This document shows, piece by piece, positions 9,999 through 20,102 of a DNA stretch of 64,000 nucleotides. The notes beneath the pieces are model-generated. The model saw only the letters and a program-made list of their open reading frames with translations, was not told the DNA's origin and did not search any database. Source of the stretch: an uncultured Bdellovibrionales bacterium. GTDB lineage: Bacteria > Patescibacteriota > Minisyncoccia > Moranbacterales > UBA1568. Position numbers and translations under genes: made by a program. Every line of letters starts with the position of its first letter. The first letter of the stretch is position 1. The DNA lies in contig CAYQPQ010000001.1 of NCBI GenBank assembly GCA_964420045.1, positions 21,444-85,443 of the forward strand, written 5' to 3'.

Positions 9999-10652
9999 GT
10001 GAACATAAATCCAGCAAGCATTGCAATCATCCTTTGCATCATAACAATAGCGCTACTAATACATCTCCTCCTCAGAAGAGCAGAGGAAATTGAGCGTATC
10101 CGATACGAATCGATCGATGCGAAAAACTCTCTCGGATATCAGACCAAGAAACTTGAAGAATTGCGCGAACGCCAAACCCTCGGAGAGACCCTCTTAAGAA
10201 AACTTTCCGATGTGATTAGTAGCGGTGTATGGACGTATAGTCCCCAGACATATGGACTTATGAAAATGGTGGCTACCCAGCAATCCGCTAAACTCAACTA
10301 TTCAGGAGTGGCCATAGAGATTACCCTTGAAGCAAAAACGACAAAGGAAGAAGCTGATAGAATGTTCGGAGAAGCAATCCTTCGCTGCTTTGACCAAGTT
10401 GTTCCAGAACAAGGAAACCTTCACATCCTTGCAATCCGATTCCTGGAAGAAACGATTAACCCTACAGGGTTTGAGCCCGTTGTCTTCATTCGCATACGAA
10501 AGCCCCTGCACAAAGAAGATATAGGGCAATGGGGGTTTGCCGGATCAATCCGTGCCGGATGCCAAGCGCGCCGATTCACCATCGTAGTCCTCAGTCCTCC
10601 GGAAGGAGTCGGGAAATTCGAAGAGGCTCTTGTAAACCTCCATCAATTCTGA
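9999..10652 (+). CDS. Hypothetical membrane-anchored protein.
   Basis: N-terminal TM (IAIILCIITIALLIHLLL) then a soluble domain. No family was recognised. Confidence 0.45.
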   Translation: MNINPASIAIILCIITIALLIHLLLRRAEEIERIRYESIDAKNSLGYQTKKLEELRERQTLGETLLRKLSDVISSGVWTYSPQTYGLMKMVATQQSAKLNYSGVAIEITLEAKTTKEEADRMFGEAILRCFDQVVPEQGNLHILAIRFLEETINPTGFEPVVFIRIRKPLHKEDIGQWGFAGSIRAGCQARRFTIVVLSPPEGVGKFEEALVNLHQF

Positions 10653-10674
10653 AAGTCATAAACAAAAATCCCAT

Positions 10675-10714
10675 CCCGGTACGCCCGCAAAGCGCGCCGG
10701 TTTTTATTTTCCTG
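10675..10714 (+). terminator. Putative rho-independent terminator.
   Basis: CCGGTACGCCCGCAAAGCGCGCCGG is an imperfect hairpin. It is followed by TTTTTATTTT. Confidence 0.45.
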
Positions 10715-10867
10715 TCGTTTTAGATTCGTCGTCTGTTGTTTGTTGTAAGTTCCCTCACCTCCCTTCCCTCCCATCTGCTTCCTTGCTACAGTAGCCTTGG
10801 ATTTGATACTTGGAATATGTGCTTTCTTTGGAACGTGTAATTTTGAATTTGAAATTTTCACTCCCCT

Positions 10868-12022
10868 ATGCGTCTCTCCTATTCCTCCCTCGGCACGTAT
10901 CAGACATGCCCTCTGAAGTATAAATTCAAAGAAATCGATCGGCTGAAAGAACCGAAATCGAAAGAAGCGGTCTTCGGCACGCTCGTCCACTCAACGCTGA
11001 AGTTCTTCCACGAACCGTCGCTCCTCCCGCCCTCGCTCGAAGACGCGCTCAATCACTTTTCCAAAAATTGGAACGATGCGGTCTATGACAATCCGGACGA
11101 AGAGCGCGCCGCCTTTTCCGCCGGCGTCGACATGATTCGCCGCTATGCCGAGCACAATGACCCGACACAATTCACCATCGTCGCGCTCGAGAGTCCCTTT
11201 CAAATAGAGATCACCGACGCGAATGGCGCCACGCACACCGTGAAAGGCATCATCGATCGCATCGACAAAACCGCAGATGGCTACGAAATCATCGACTACA
11301 AAACCGGGCGCAAACTCCCCTCGCAGGCGGATGTCGACACCAATCTCCAGCTCTCCGTCTATGCCAAGGCGTTTCTCGCCCGCTATCCGCACGAAGCTGA
11401 GCATCTCGACCGCCTCACGGTAAGCCTCTATTTTCTCAAACACGGCGTGAAGCTCTCCTCGCGACGAACCCTCGAAGATTTGAAAGGCGTCGACGATATT
11501 TTTCTCGAGACGATTGACAATATCGAAGCGGGACACTTCGAGCCGCGAGTGAATCCGCTCTGTGACTGGTGCGGCTTCCAAAAAGTTTGCCCCATGTGGA
11601 AACACAAATTCCGCGAGCTCCGCACGGCAACCACCGAAGAAAAGGAACAAGCCGTCAACGACTACCTCGCCACCAAACGCGCCATCGAGCTCGACAAGCA
11701 AAAGCTCATGAAGCTCCAAGCAACGATACTCGAATACATGGACGCTGAGGATGTCGAACGGCTCTTTGGCGATGTCGGCATTATCGAGCGCGCACGAACA
11801 CAGAAGTACGACTACGACGCCGGAAAGCTCCGCGACCATCTCGAGCCCCTTGGCAAATGGGAGAGCGTGCTTGCAATCAATCAAACCCTCGTCAAAAAAA
11901 CACTCGCCTCACTCCCCTTGGAAACCAGAAAACAAATAGAAGCCGATACCAAAACGCCCGGCAAAGAAACCGTCACCCTTCGAGTCAAAAAAACACTCTC
12001 CGAAGATGGAGAGGCGGAGTAA
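10868..12022 (+). CDS. PD-(D/E)XK nuclease-family protein, Cas4/RecB-like with a 4-Cys cluster.
   Basis: N-terminal Cys (TCPLKYKF), the IIDRID...EIIDYKTG nuclease core, and a C-terminal CDWCGFQKVC. The Cys pattern Cys-Xn-Cys-X2-Cys-X5-Cys resembles Cas4/AddB Fe-S nucleases. Confidence 0.65.
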   Translation: MRLSYSSLGTYQTCPLKYKFKEIDRLKEPKSKEAVFGTLVHSTLKFFHEPSLLPPSLEDALNHFSKNWNDAVYDNPDEERAAFSAGVDMIRRYAEHNDPTQFTIVALESPFQIEITDANGATHTVKGIIDRIDKTADGYEIIDYKTGRKLPSQADVDTNLQLSVYAKAFLARYPHEAEHLDRLTVSLYFLKHGVKLSSRRTLEDLKGVDDIFLETIDNIEAGHFEPRVNPLCDWCGFQKVCPMWKHKFRELRTATTEEKEQAVNDYLATKRAIELDKQKLMKLQATILEYMDAEDVERLFGDVGIIERARTQKYDYDAGKLRDHLEPLGKWESVLAINQTLVKKTLASLPLETRKQIEADTKTPGKETVTLRVKKTLSEDGEAE

Positions 12023-12024
12023 AA

Positions 12025-12726
12025 TTACTGGTCACTTCTGTCGGTACATACACGCGCATGATTTTCTCGCACCCCAAGAATCCAATGGATAGAGAGAAAG
12101 ATCAGATACGACACGCCAATGCCCACCGAGAACACCAATGAAATCGCCACCGCGCGTGCGAACCACACCGGATCACCATAGTGCGATACCGTATCGCGAA
12201 ACACAAGAAAAGGATTGAGAAACACGTCCCAACTGTTCCACCGAAGAAATCGCCCAAGATACACTCCGACTCCCGAAAGCAGAATCACCGCAGCAACAAT
12301 GCCCTGCGCCAAGGCGCGCCCCAGTGTTTTCCGAAGCGCACGATGCACCCGAAAGAGCGCGCCCAGACCAAAGAGAAGTCCCGCGAGAGCAAACGCAGCA
12401 ATAAGCAAGAAGTCATACGCAAAGCTTTTCGATCCGGCATACTCCCACGGGAGATGTACAAAATCGGTGACAATATACGGCGCATTCGGAAAAAAGAACA
12501 GCCACAGCAAGAAGACTCCCCACAAGCCGCCCGTCATACGCGCTTCCTTCCCGGCATACCACTCAAACAACACCGCTATCGCATATGGTATCGCCGCCAA
12601 AAGCAAATTCCAGAGCAGAAAAAAATATCCGTCCGTCCCCGCCACAAACATCCGCACCGCCAACAACAAAAACGCCCCCGTCAGCGAGAGATTGAGCATT
12701 ATCAAAAAGATATTTCTCCGCGACAT
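12025..12726 (-). CDS. DUF1361 family integral membrane protein.
   Basis: Multiple TM helices and the conserved NAPYIVTDFVHL motif. Confidence 0.6.
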   Translation of the reverse strand: MSRRNIFLIMLNLSLTGAFLLLAVRMFVAGTDGYFFLLWNLLLAAIPYAIAVLFEWYAGKEARMTGGLWGVFLLWLFFFPNAPYIVTDFVHLPWEYAGSKSFAYDFLLIAAFALAGLLFGLGALFRVHRALRKTLGRALAQGIVAAVILLSGVGVYLGRFLRWNSWDVFLNPFLVFRDTVSHYGDPVWFARAVAISLVFSVGIGVSYLIFLSIHWILGVRENHARVCTDRSDQ

Positions 12727-12754
12727 ATCAAAAATTCCCTCAGAACCTGTTTAC

Positions 12755-12955
12755 AATCCCCTTATTCTACTCCGACTTTCAAACTTTGGCTGCAAAACAT
12801 TCATATTTCGTCGGGTTACTCTCCGAGTAGTCCTCCCCGTCCGCAACACTTCGCGTAGCGATACGGGTGGACTCAATCTTCATGTTTTCCAGCCTACCGG
12901 CAGGCAGGTCGCTCAAAATTTGAAAGTCTCGTAACGAAAGAGAGATTGTAAGCAG
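12755..12955. repeat. Divergent hybrid copy of the family-1 161-bp repeat, with insertions.
   Basis: Shares TTTGGCTGCAAAACATTCA(T/G)ATTTCGTCG, CAATCTTCATGTTTT and GCTCAAAATTTGAAA with copies at 24625 and 48831. It carries an extra palindrome CCGTCCGCAACACTTCGCGTAGCGATACGGG. It also carries the CCTACCGGCAGGCAGG core of repeat family 2. Confidence 0.5.
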
Positions 12956-13079
12956 ATTCTCAACAAAGTACCGAAAAATATACCATAGAAGTAGAATACT
13001 GTCTATTTCCGAAAATCCAAAAACCTTGAGAGAAGATGTTTTTTTCTTTACAATAGAAACAAACTTTCCAGAAAACCGT

Positions 13080-13970
13080 ATGAAAAAGTTTCTCATTTCA
13101 ATCACGCTCCTTGCCGCAATACTCACTCTCTCCGGATGCTCGCAAGAGCCGGCGGCGGAAACGCTGCAGAGCAAGAAGGCGGGGGATTACAGCTATCTCT
13201 CGCGAGCATTCGGCGAAAGTCCGACAAATTCGAGTAACGCTACCACCAATAATCAACAAGTCGGTCAACAGACCCCCTCAGCCACGCCAAGAGAGCAAGC
13301 TCAACCGGCGACGCCGCACACGCCGTCGCCTACACCGCAGGTTGCCGGCGATCAGACGTCGGCAGAGTCAGCGGCTCCCGCTGAAAACGAACCAGCTCCC
13401 ACTGACGCAAAATCAACCACGAAAAACCCGTCAGTCGAAAAGGACACCTATCAAAAAGAAGACGACCTCTCATTCATTAAGAAATATGACGGCGCCGTCC
13501 TAAAGACAAGCGAAGGCTCTATCACCATACACTTCTACAATGACGACGCGCCGAAAACCGTGAATAATTTCTTCAAGCTCGCTGCAAATGATTTCTACGA
13601 TGGCATCCGATTTCACCGAGTTATCAAGGGGTTCGTGATCCAAGCAGGTGACCCGAATTCCAAAGATGACAACTGGGCAGACGACGGGCAAGGCGGTCCC
13701 GGATATACCTTCGACGATGAGATCAATTCGCGCAAACTCGTCGAAGGATCCGTCGCCATGGCAAACTCGGGACCAAATACCAATGGCTCGCAATTCTTCA
13801 TCGTTACCGCCAAATCAACACCGCTGCTTGATGGGAAATACACCAACTTCGGCGAAGTAACGGACGGCATGGACATTGTCCGAAAGATCGAAAAAGTCGA
13901 CACCGACGCCAACGATCACCCGAAAGAGAACATCGAAATCAAGCACATTGATTTTATCAAGAAGAAATAG
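13080..13970 (+). CDS. ppiB: Peptidyl-prolyl cis-trans isomerase, cyclophilin type. It has a lipoprotein signal and a low-complexity linker.
   Basis: MKKFLISITLLAAILTLSGC lipobox, a P/T/Q/A-rich linker, and then the cyclophilin core (FHRVIKGFVIQAGD ... GSVAMANSGPNTNGSQFFI). Confidence 0.85.
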   Translation: MKKFLISITLLAAILTLSGCSQEPAAETLQSKKAGDYSYLSRAFGESPTNSSNATTNNQQVGQQTPSATPREQAQPATPHTPSPTPQVAGDQTSAESAAPAENEPAPTDAKSTTKNPSVEKDTYQKEDDLSFIKKYDGAVLKTSEGSITIHFYNDDAPKTVNNFFKLAANDFYDGIRFHRVIKGFVIQAGDPNSKDDNWADDGQGGPGYTFDDEINSRKLVEGSVAMANSGPNTNGSQFFIVTAKSTPLLDGKYTNFGEVTDGMDIVRKIEKVDTDANDHPKENIEIKHIDFIKKK

Positions 13971-13974
13971 TATT

Positions 13975-15831
13975 TCACTTTCCGACAGTCTTTCCGTTCC
14001 AGTACACAAAATTTTTATCTGCTGCCCACCCTCCATACAAGGGAAGAAGCGTAAAAGTCTCTGCATCAGCCCCTCTCATGAGATTGCCTTCAAAATATAT
14101 TTTTCCTGCAACCTTTGAATATCCGTCTCCCAAATCATTTTTTGATGTATTCAGAAACGGTTTTCCTTCTTCCTTAGCCAGTAGATTTTGGAACATAACA
14201 TCTTGTTGTTCCCGAGTTGCTTGAACAAACTGCATCTGATTGACCACTTCTATTGACTTCCCTGTCACGATATCATATATAAGACCCGGTAGAGAAAGGT
14301 AGCGCGCACTTGTTCCACACCAATCCAGTTCCGTGTAATCCGCATGCAATCCACTCACTTTCTCTCCTCCTATGTATATAGCGCTACCTGACACTCCAAC
14401 AGAGCCGCTATCCGTCCGATTGGCATTTCGCAGTATAAAGAAATGTTTTGGGTCTGCACCAACAATCTTTCGGAATTCGAAGAAAACACCATCCTTGCCG
14501 ATAAAATATCCTCCTTCCTGACGAAACGTCTTTGGATCTATTTGAATCCTTGTGCCATCTCCATTTTTTGAGCATTCCAAAATCGAATCAAAATCACGAA
14601 CATACCCAGCGTCTGAAATCTGCACACTTTCCGACTGCACTCCCTTGAGAGGCTTTCCATTTCCATAGACCCTATACGCATCCTTTCCGACAATAAGATC
14701 ACTCGCATATCCACCGCCACACCCACCAACAGAAACAAAAGATGCAGCATCGGCCCCAGGAACACGCTTTCCCAAAAAGAATACGTCGTTTTTATCTTTT
14801 GAATACCCGTCAAAATATGAGAGAGACGGAGAAAATGATGTCGGATCAGCTCCTTTAATCATGGTGTCCTGGTAATACACTTGCTTTTTATCTTTCCCGT
14901 AACTATATCCAACCACTTCAAATGAGGACACATCTGCACCAACAAGAACCTTATTGTTTATGTAAACCGAGTGGCGATCCCGATGGTATCGTCCATCACC
15001 AATCCTTTCAAAGCTGCTTGGGTCTGCATTCTCGATTTTTTCCGCACCCATGTATACTGAGTTTTTATCTTGCGCCCATCCATCCATAACCTGAAATGTA
15101 GCCGCATCAGCGCCTTTCAATTCCTGGTTTTGATAATAGATCCGAGAGCCATCCGTTATATAGGAATACCCATCAGCAATGATGCGAGCAGTTGAAACAT
15201 CAATACCGTCCACCGGAAGAAGCTCCTGAAATGATCCCCCGTATTCATCGGCATTGTAGTAATAGAGCGTGTTGTCGAAAATCCGCCAATATCGATTGTC
15301 ATTTACTAGGAATTGTACACTCGGAAATGTGTAGAAATTCATGAAAAGCTCTTTCTTTGGGACACTGAGCGCCTTGCCCTCCAGAAACACCGCGTGATCA
15401 TCCTCTGCCTCAAATGTATAGAAAGATCGATTCGGATTCACGCGAAAACTCTGCACATCAGCATTCGGAACAATCTTTCCACGGTAATATATATTATTCT
15501 TATCTTTCGCATAATCACTGAAAACATATTCAACACCTTCGTATCCAGAAAAAGTCGAGAAACTCGCCCTATCAACACTATCAACCAGCACACCATCGTA
15601 CAACACCGACTGGTCGGTAGTTTTATATTTGTTTTGCTTCATGATAATTGTCACGCGATTTGACGTTTTACCCAAGGAAGTTGGGGTTGCTTCTTTACCA
15701 TCTTTCTTTGGGGGTTCGGGTTGCAACTTTTCCGATTTAAATATACTAATCAGAAAGGAGAAAAGGAGTATATACACCAACACCAAAACCACAAACAACA
15801 CAACCAAAAGAATGTTTCTCATTACTCGCAT
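13975..15831 (-). CDS. DKNYY-repeat membrane-anchored protein.
   Basis: N-terminal TM followed by at least 6 repeats carrying DKN(N/S/D)(I/V)Y(Y/F) (DKNNIYY, DKNSVYM, DKKQVYY, DKNDVFF, DKNFVYW). This is the signature of the DKNYY domain family. The start may instead be 15891. Confidence 0.6.
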   Translation of the reverse strand: MRVMRNILLVVLFVVLVLVYILLFSFLISIFKSEKLQPEPPKKDGKEATPTSLGKTSNRVTIIMKQNKYKTTDQSVLYDGVLVDSVDRASFSTFSGYEGVEYVFSDYAKDKNNIYYRGKIVPNADVQSFRVNPNRSFYTFEAEDDHAVFLEGKALSVPKKELFMNFYTFPSVQFLVNDNRYWRIFDNTLYYYNADEYGGSFQELLPVDGIDVSTARIIADGYSYITDGSRIYYQNQELKGADAATFQVMDGWAQDKNSVYMGAEKIENADPSSFERIGDGRYHRDRHSVYINNKVLVGADVSSFEVVGYSYGKDKKQVYYQDTMIKGADPTSFSPSLSYFDGYSKDKNDVFFLGKRVPGADAASFVSVGGCGGGYASDLIVGKDAYRVYGNGKPLKGVQSESVQISDAGYVRDFDSILECSKNGDGTRIQIDPKTFRQEGGYFIGKDGVFFEFRKIVGADPKHFFILRNANRTDSGSVGVSGSAIYIGGEKVSGLHADYTELDWCGTSARYLSLPGLIYDIVTGKSIEVVNQMQFVQATREQQDVMFQNLLAKEEGKPFLNTSKNDLGDGYSKVAGKIYFEGNLMRGADAETFTLLPLYGGWAADKNFVYWNGKTVGK

Positions 15832-15837
15832 AGAAAT

Positions 15838-16362
15838 ATGATTATTTTCATAAACGGGGCAAGCAATTCCGGAAAAAGCACCCTTGCTCACCTCCTTGCC
15901 CGGAAAATCCAGAGGTCACTCGTTATTGAGATTGATACACTCGTGAACGCTTCACGAAACTCTCATCCGATTCTTCGCGTTCAAGAGGCTGTGACATCCG
16001 GAGTGGCACTGATACACAAATATTCGTTGCAAGGTTATTCTGTTATCGTTCCATTCCCTCTTTCACCGGAACAGCACGCATTCTTTTGCAGGAATATGAA
16101 AACACTGGACAAAAACGTGTACTTCTTTACACTCTCCCCCTCGATGGAAACCATTCTCATCCCGCGCGGCAGTCGCCTCTTAACAGTCAAAGAGCAAGAC
16201 CGCATTCGACACTTCTATCGACATTTACTTCACCAACCATCATTCGGCATCATTATTGACAACAGCAATCAACTACCGCAAGAAACAGCAGACATAATGC
16301 TAAATCACATTCATCGCCTACAAAGCGATTCGTCCGTCGACTACCATTGGAGAATGGTTTGA
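15838..16362 (+). CDS. P-loop NTPase, possibly a small-molecule kinase.
   Basis: Walker A motif INGASNSGKST at the N-terminus. About 175 aa. It is divergent from the DKNYY gene. The His/Gln-rich 39 codons upstream in the track ORF were judged non-coding. Confidence 0.5.
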   Translation: MIIFINGASNSGKSTLAHLLARKIQRSLVIEIDTLVNASRNSHPILRVQEAVTSGVALIHKYSLQGYSVIVPFPLSPEQHAFFCRNMKTLDKNVYFFTLSPSMETILIPRGSRLLTVKEQDRIRHFYRHLLHQPSFGIIIDNSNQLPQETADIMLNHIHRLQSDSSVDYHWRMV

Positions 16363-18438
16363 AGATTTTGGATAGACAATGAGCGGGTTGATATCGAGTT
16401 CGCGAATATCGGGAAAATCTGTGAGGAGCCGAGAGAGTCGGCCGACGCACTCGAGGATAGGGTTTGTATCATATCGATCACCGCCGCGAGCGCCGTCCAA
16501 AAGCGGAAATATGCGGAGCTTCTGAAGCATGATATTGGCGCGACTCGGCGAAATCGGAACCAGACCAAATGCCGCGTCTTTCAGAATTTCCACATAAATG
16601 CCGCCGCTTCCCAACATGAGGGTCTGTCCGAGATTCGGGTCACGGAAACTCCCCGCGATCAGTTCGATGCCACCCTTCGCTGCCATCTCCATACACAAGA
16701 CGCCGTCGAGTTTCGCTTCGGGAGAAGAGACTTTCACGCGATCCATAATCGACTGAAACGATGCTCGAGCATTCTCTGTTGAAACATTGAGGAGAACACC
16801 GCCCGCATCGCTTTTATGTGTAATATCTTCCGAAAGAACCTTCAAAGCACACGGCGTACCAATTTTGCGAACCACGGTTTCGGCTTCATCTGCCGTGGTC
16901 GCAACACCGTATCGCGGCACAGGGAATCCGTATGCCGAAAACACATCGAGCGCTTCCGCTGCCGATAATGATGTTCTGCTGGATATTTTCACCGTGTGGA
17001 AAATTTCCTCGACTCGATTCCGGTCAACCGCTTCCGAGACCGCAATCGTCGAGAATGTTCCTTGGTCGGCGGACATCGCCTTTCTTGCTTCGCAAAAACT
17101 TGAGAGCGCCGCCAGCATTCGTATGCCGTCTTCCGGAAAGCCCACAACCGGCACTTTCTTTCGCAAGAGCGTCTTGACGCCGCGCGCCACTAGAGACCCT
17201 CCCATGAATGCGACGACAATGGGCACTGTAGACATCTTGGCACGTTCCGCTATTCCTTCGGCTATCATTTCGACATCCGTCATGGATTGCGGCGTGAGCA
17301 CGACGAGCGCCATCTGAACGGACGGATCCGCGAGAACAACATCAAGCGTGCGAGCGTATCGATCACTCTTCGCGTCACCCAAAATATCAACGGGATTTTT
17401 CACGCCCGCTGCACTCGGCAAGAACGAACGAAGGTCCGTCATCGTCGTCTCAGAAAGCGGCGCAAGCGCAAGTCCCGACTGAAGCGCCGCATCAGTCGAG
17501 AGCACACCGGGACCACCGGCATTGGTCAGTATCGCAACATGATTTCCCAGAGGGAGCGGTAAGAGCGAGAATCCTCGAGCAAGCAAGAACAACTCTTCCG
17601 CCGTCTCAGCGCGGAGAATGCCCGACTCTTCAAAGAGCGCCTCATAGCTCGCGTCATTACCTGCAAGCGACCCCGTATGCGACGAGAGCGCCGCCGCACC
17701 CGCCGACGTCTTTCCCGATTTGAGAATGATGATCGGCTTTGGACGCTTTGTCTGCGCCATCGCGCGCGCCGCTTGTCGTATCACCTCTGGATGGCGCAAG
17801 TCCTCGGCATATATCGCTATGACCGACGTCTTTTTGTCTGACGCAAAATACGAAAGCAATGCCGATTCATCAAGCACCGCCTTGTTTCCCAGACTCACGA
17901 ACTTCGAAAATCCGACACCGATATTCGCCGCCATGTCGAGCACCGCTGTCCCAAGTGCACCGCTCTGCGACAAAAAAGCGATATTCCCTTTCTTTGGGAG
18001 CGTGCGAGCAAAAGAAGCATTCATCGAGAGGTGTGGATTGACCACACCGAGACAATTCGGACCAAGCAGCGCCACGTCTCCCGAACGGGCAATCTCGGCA
18101 ATCTCCGCTTCAAGCTCAGCATTCCCTGCCTCGTGAAATCCGGCAGAGATAACAACTGCGCTTTTCACTCCCTTGGCAACCGCCTCGCGCAACACGACTG
18201 GGACAATCGGTGCCGGCACCGCCACAAGAGCGCAGTCGATTTCTCCTTCAATTGCCGCGAGATTCGGGTAGCAGCGCCGTTCATAGAGCGATTCCGTTTT
18301 CGGATTGACCGGGTAGATTTCCCCTCGATATTTCTGCTCAACCAGATTCTTCACGATATCATTGCCAACACTCCCAATTCGCGTCGACGCACCCACCACG
18401 GCAATCGACTTTGGCTCAAACAACGATTGAATATTCAT
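16318..18438 (-). CDS. ADP-forming acetyl-CoA synthetase (NDP-forming acyl-CoA synthetase), fused alpha/beta.
   Basis: CoA-binding domain (IAVVGASTRIGSVGNDIVKNL), a succinyl-CoA synthetase-like domain, and a C-terminal ATP-grasp. About 706 aa. Confidence 0.8.
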   Translation of the reverse strand: MNIQSLFEPKSIAVVGASTRIGSVGNDIVKNLVEQKYRGEIYPVNPKTESLYERRCYPNLAAIEGEIDCALVAVPAPIVPVVLREAVAKGVKSAVVISAGFHEAGNAELEAEIAEIARSGDVALLGPNCLGVVNPHLSMNASFARTLPKKGNIAFLSQSGALGTAVLDMAANIGVGFSKFVSLGNKAVLDESALLSYFASDKKTSVIAIYAEDLRHPEVIRQAARAMAQTKRPKPIIILKSGKTSAGAAALSSHTGSLAGNDASYEALFEESGILRAETAEELFLLARGFSLLPLPLGNHVAILTNAGGPGVLSTDAALQSGLALAPLSETTMTDLRSFLPSAAGVKNPVDILGDAKSDRYARTLDVVLADPSVQMALVVLTPQSMTDVEMIAEGIAERAKMSTVPIVVAFMGGSLVARGVKTLLRKKVPVVGFPEDGIRMLAALSSFCEARKAMSADQGTFSTIAVSEAVDRNRVEEIFHTVKISSRTSLSAAEALDVFSAYGFPVPRYGVATTADEAETVVRKIGTPCALKVLSEDITHKSDAGGVLLNVSTENARASFQSIMDRVKVSSPEAKLDGVLCMEMAAKGGIELIAGSFRDPNLGQTLMLGSGGIYVEILKDAAFGLVPISPSRANIMLQKLRIFPLLDGARGGDRYDTNPILECVGRLSRLLTDFPDIRELDINPLIVYPKSSNHSPMVVDGRIAL

Positions 18439-18707
18439 AAAGAGGAGATTTGCAAACGAACAACGCACAGCCATCAGCTTACGACAAACAATGAAACCAC
18501 CTCTATCATACCAGCCCACTGTCCACTCGCCAACAGCCAAATTTCACACCATGCCAGCAACATTCATCACTCTCATAGGGGCACCCTTCGTGAATACCCT
18601 CCCCCGAGAATGCTTCCTTCCCAAATACCCAACACCTTACCCTACAGGTACGCACTCATGCACAAAATAAAAGGAGGGGAAGAAACGGAGAAAAAAGCTA
18701 GCAACGT

Positions 18708-19844
18708 CTACCCGATAAAGTCAAGAAAATTATCGCGATTCACCACCTCATACGAAGCTCCAGGATAGGTTTCGATCCATGACGATGGCGCCTTTGGCGA
18801 ATCGTCCGACCATTTGATTTCGTATCCGAAAAGCTTCCCCTCGCGTTCTTCCACCCAATCTATCTCCTTCTGATCATAGGTACGCCAGAAATGATTGTTG
18901 GATCGAAGATTCAGATAGGACTGTTTTTTGAGTCGCTCCATAACAATATAGTTTTCCCAGAGCATACCGATATCGTCCCGACGAGAGATCGGATTCCAGT
19001 TGTTGATAACGGCGTTTCGGACGCCATTGTCGTAGAAGTAGTAGCGAGAGTTCTTCGTGACTTCCTTGCGGAGATTTCGGCTAAAGCCTCGAATATTTTT
19101 TACGATAAACGACTTCTCGAGGAGGTCGAGATATCGCGCCACGGTGTCCTTGTGAAGATCGAGCGCACTTCCCAATTCCGTAAGTGACACTTCTCTGCCG
19201 ATTTGGAATGCGATAAGCGTCAAGAGGTCAAAGAGCTTTTTGGCACCCTTCACCTGTTCCATATCGAGAATATCCTTGAGAAGAAGCGAGTCAATGAGTC
19301 CCGAGAGATAGTCTCGACGATCATCATCCGAAGGGAGCGAGAAGAGCTCTGGGTAGCCACCGTAGATGAGAGATGTTTCAAGCGTCGAGAGATAGTGATT
19401 CGTATCGAAGGTCTGTATGATTTCCCGCGCAGAAACAGGGAAAAGAAGCAGTGTCTTTTTACGTCCCGTGAGTGGTTCACCAATTTTCTGGGCAAGATCA
19501 AACGATGCCGATCCGCTCGCAATCACCGTGAGGTCTGGCATGGAGTCAACGATAAGCTTCAAGTTGAGTCCGATTGAAGGAACTTTTTGCGCTTCGTCAA
19601 TGACGAGCGTTTTTGCATCACCGATATAGCTCACAAGTCGCTCGGGAATTTCCGTAGAGAGGTTCTCTTGTACGATACGGCTTTCTCCTTTGAGGAAAAG
19701 TGCCTTTCCGTTTTTTTCCAATTCTTCCCGTAGGTGATCAAGGAGAAACGTTTTTCCGGATCGTCGAGGACCATAGAGCACCAGCACTTTCCCGGGCTCG
19801 AGACTCTCAAGGAACTTCCCGGAGACGAGGCGTTCGATGACCAT
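18708..19844 (-). CDS. AAA-family ATPase with a DUF4143 C-terminal domain.
   Basis: Walker A GPRRSGKT, Walker B LVIDEAQ, and a C-terminal HFWRTYDQKEIDWVEE typical of DUF4143. Confidence 0.7.
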   Translation of the reverse strand: MVIERLVSGKFLESLEPGKVLVLYGPRRSGKTFLLDHLREELEKNGKALFLKGESRIVQENLSTEIPERLVSYIGDAKTLVIDEAQKVPSIGLNLKLIVDSMPDLTVIASGSASFDLAQKIGEPLTGRKKTLLLFPVSAREIIQTFDTNHYLSTLETSLIYGGYPELFSLPSDDDRRDYLSGLIDSLLLKDILDMEQVKGAKKLFDLLTLIAFQIGREVSLTELGSALDLHKDTVARYLDLLEKSFIVKNIRGFSRNLRKEVTKNSRYYFYDNGVRNAVINNWNPISRRDDIGMLWENYIVMERLKKQSYLNLRSNNHFWRTYDQKEIDWVEEREGKLFGYEIKWSDDSPKAPSSWIETYPGASYEVVNRDNFLDFIG

Positions 19845-20102
19845 AGAAGTAGTGCAAATATGTAAAATACAGCTAGCCAACTGTCGGTATTTTACCTCTT
19901 TTGGACAAAATGAGCAAATTTTCTGGAGAATAGCCCCTGCAACGCGTGCGCGGCTGTCAGTCATCAGCCATCGGTATTCGGAAAAAATGCAAGTCTCATT
20001 CCCCGTTGTTTGTTGTCAGTTACCAGTTACTGCAGCTCGCATCCCTCCACCCCTGCCCGCAGCGCTACGCACAGCGTTGCAGGCGGACGCACTTCCATAT
20101 CT

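Noticed and set aside
12181-12934. 225- and 239-aa plus-strand ORFs.
   Set aside because: They are antisense to the DUF1361 membrane-protein gene. They are Arg/Lys-rich, and their 3' ends run through the family-1 repeat copy.
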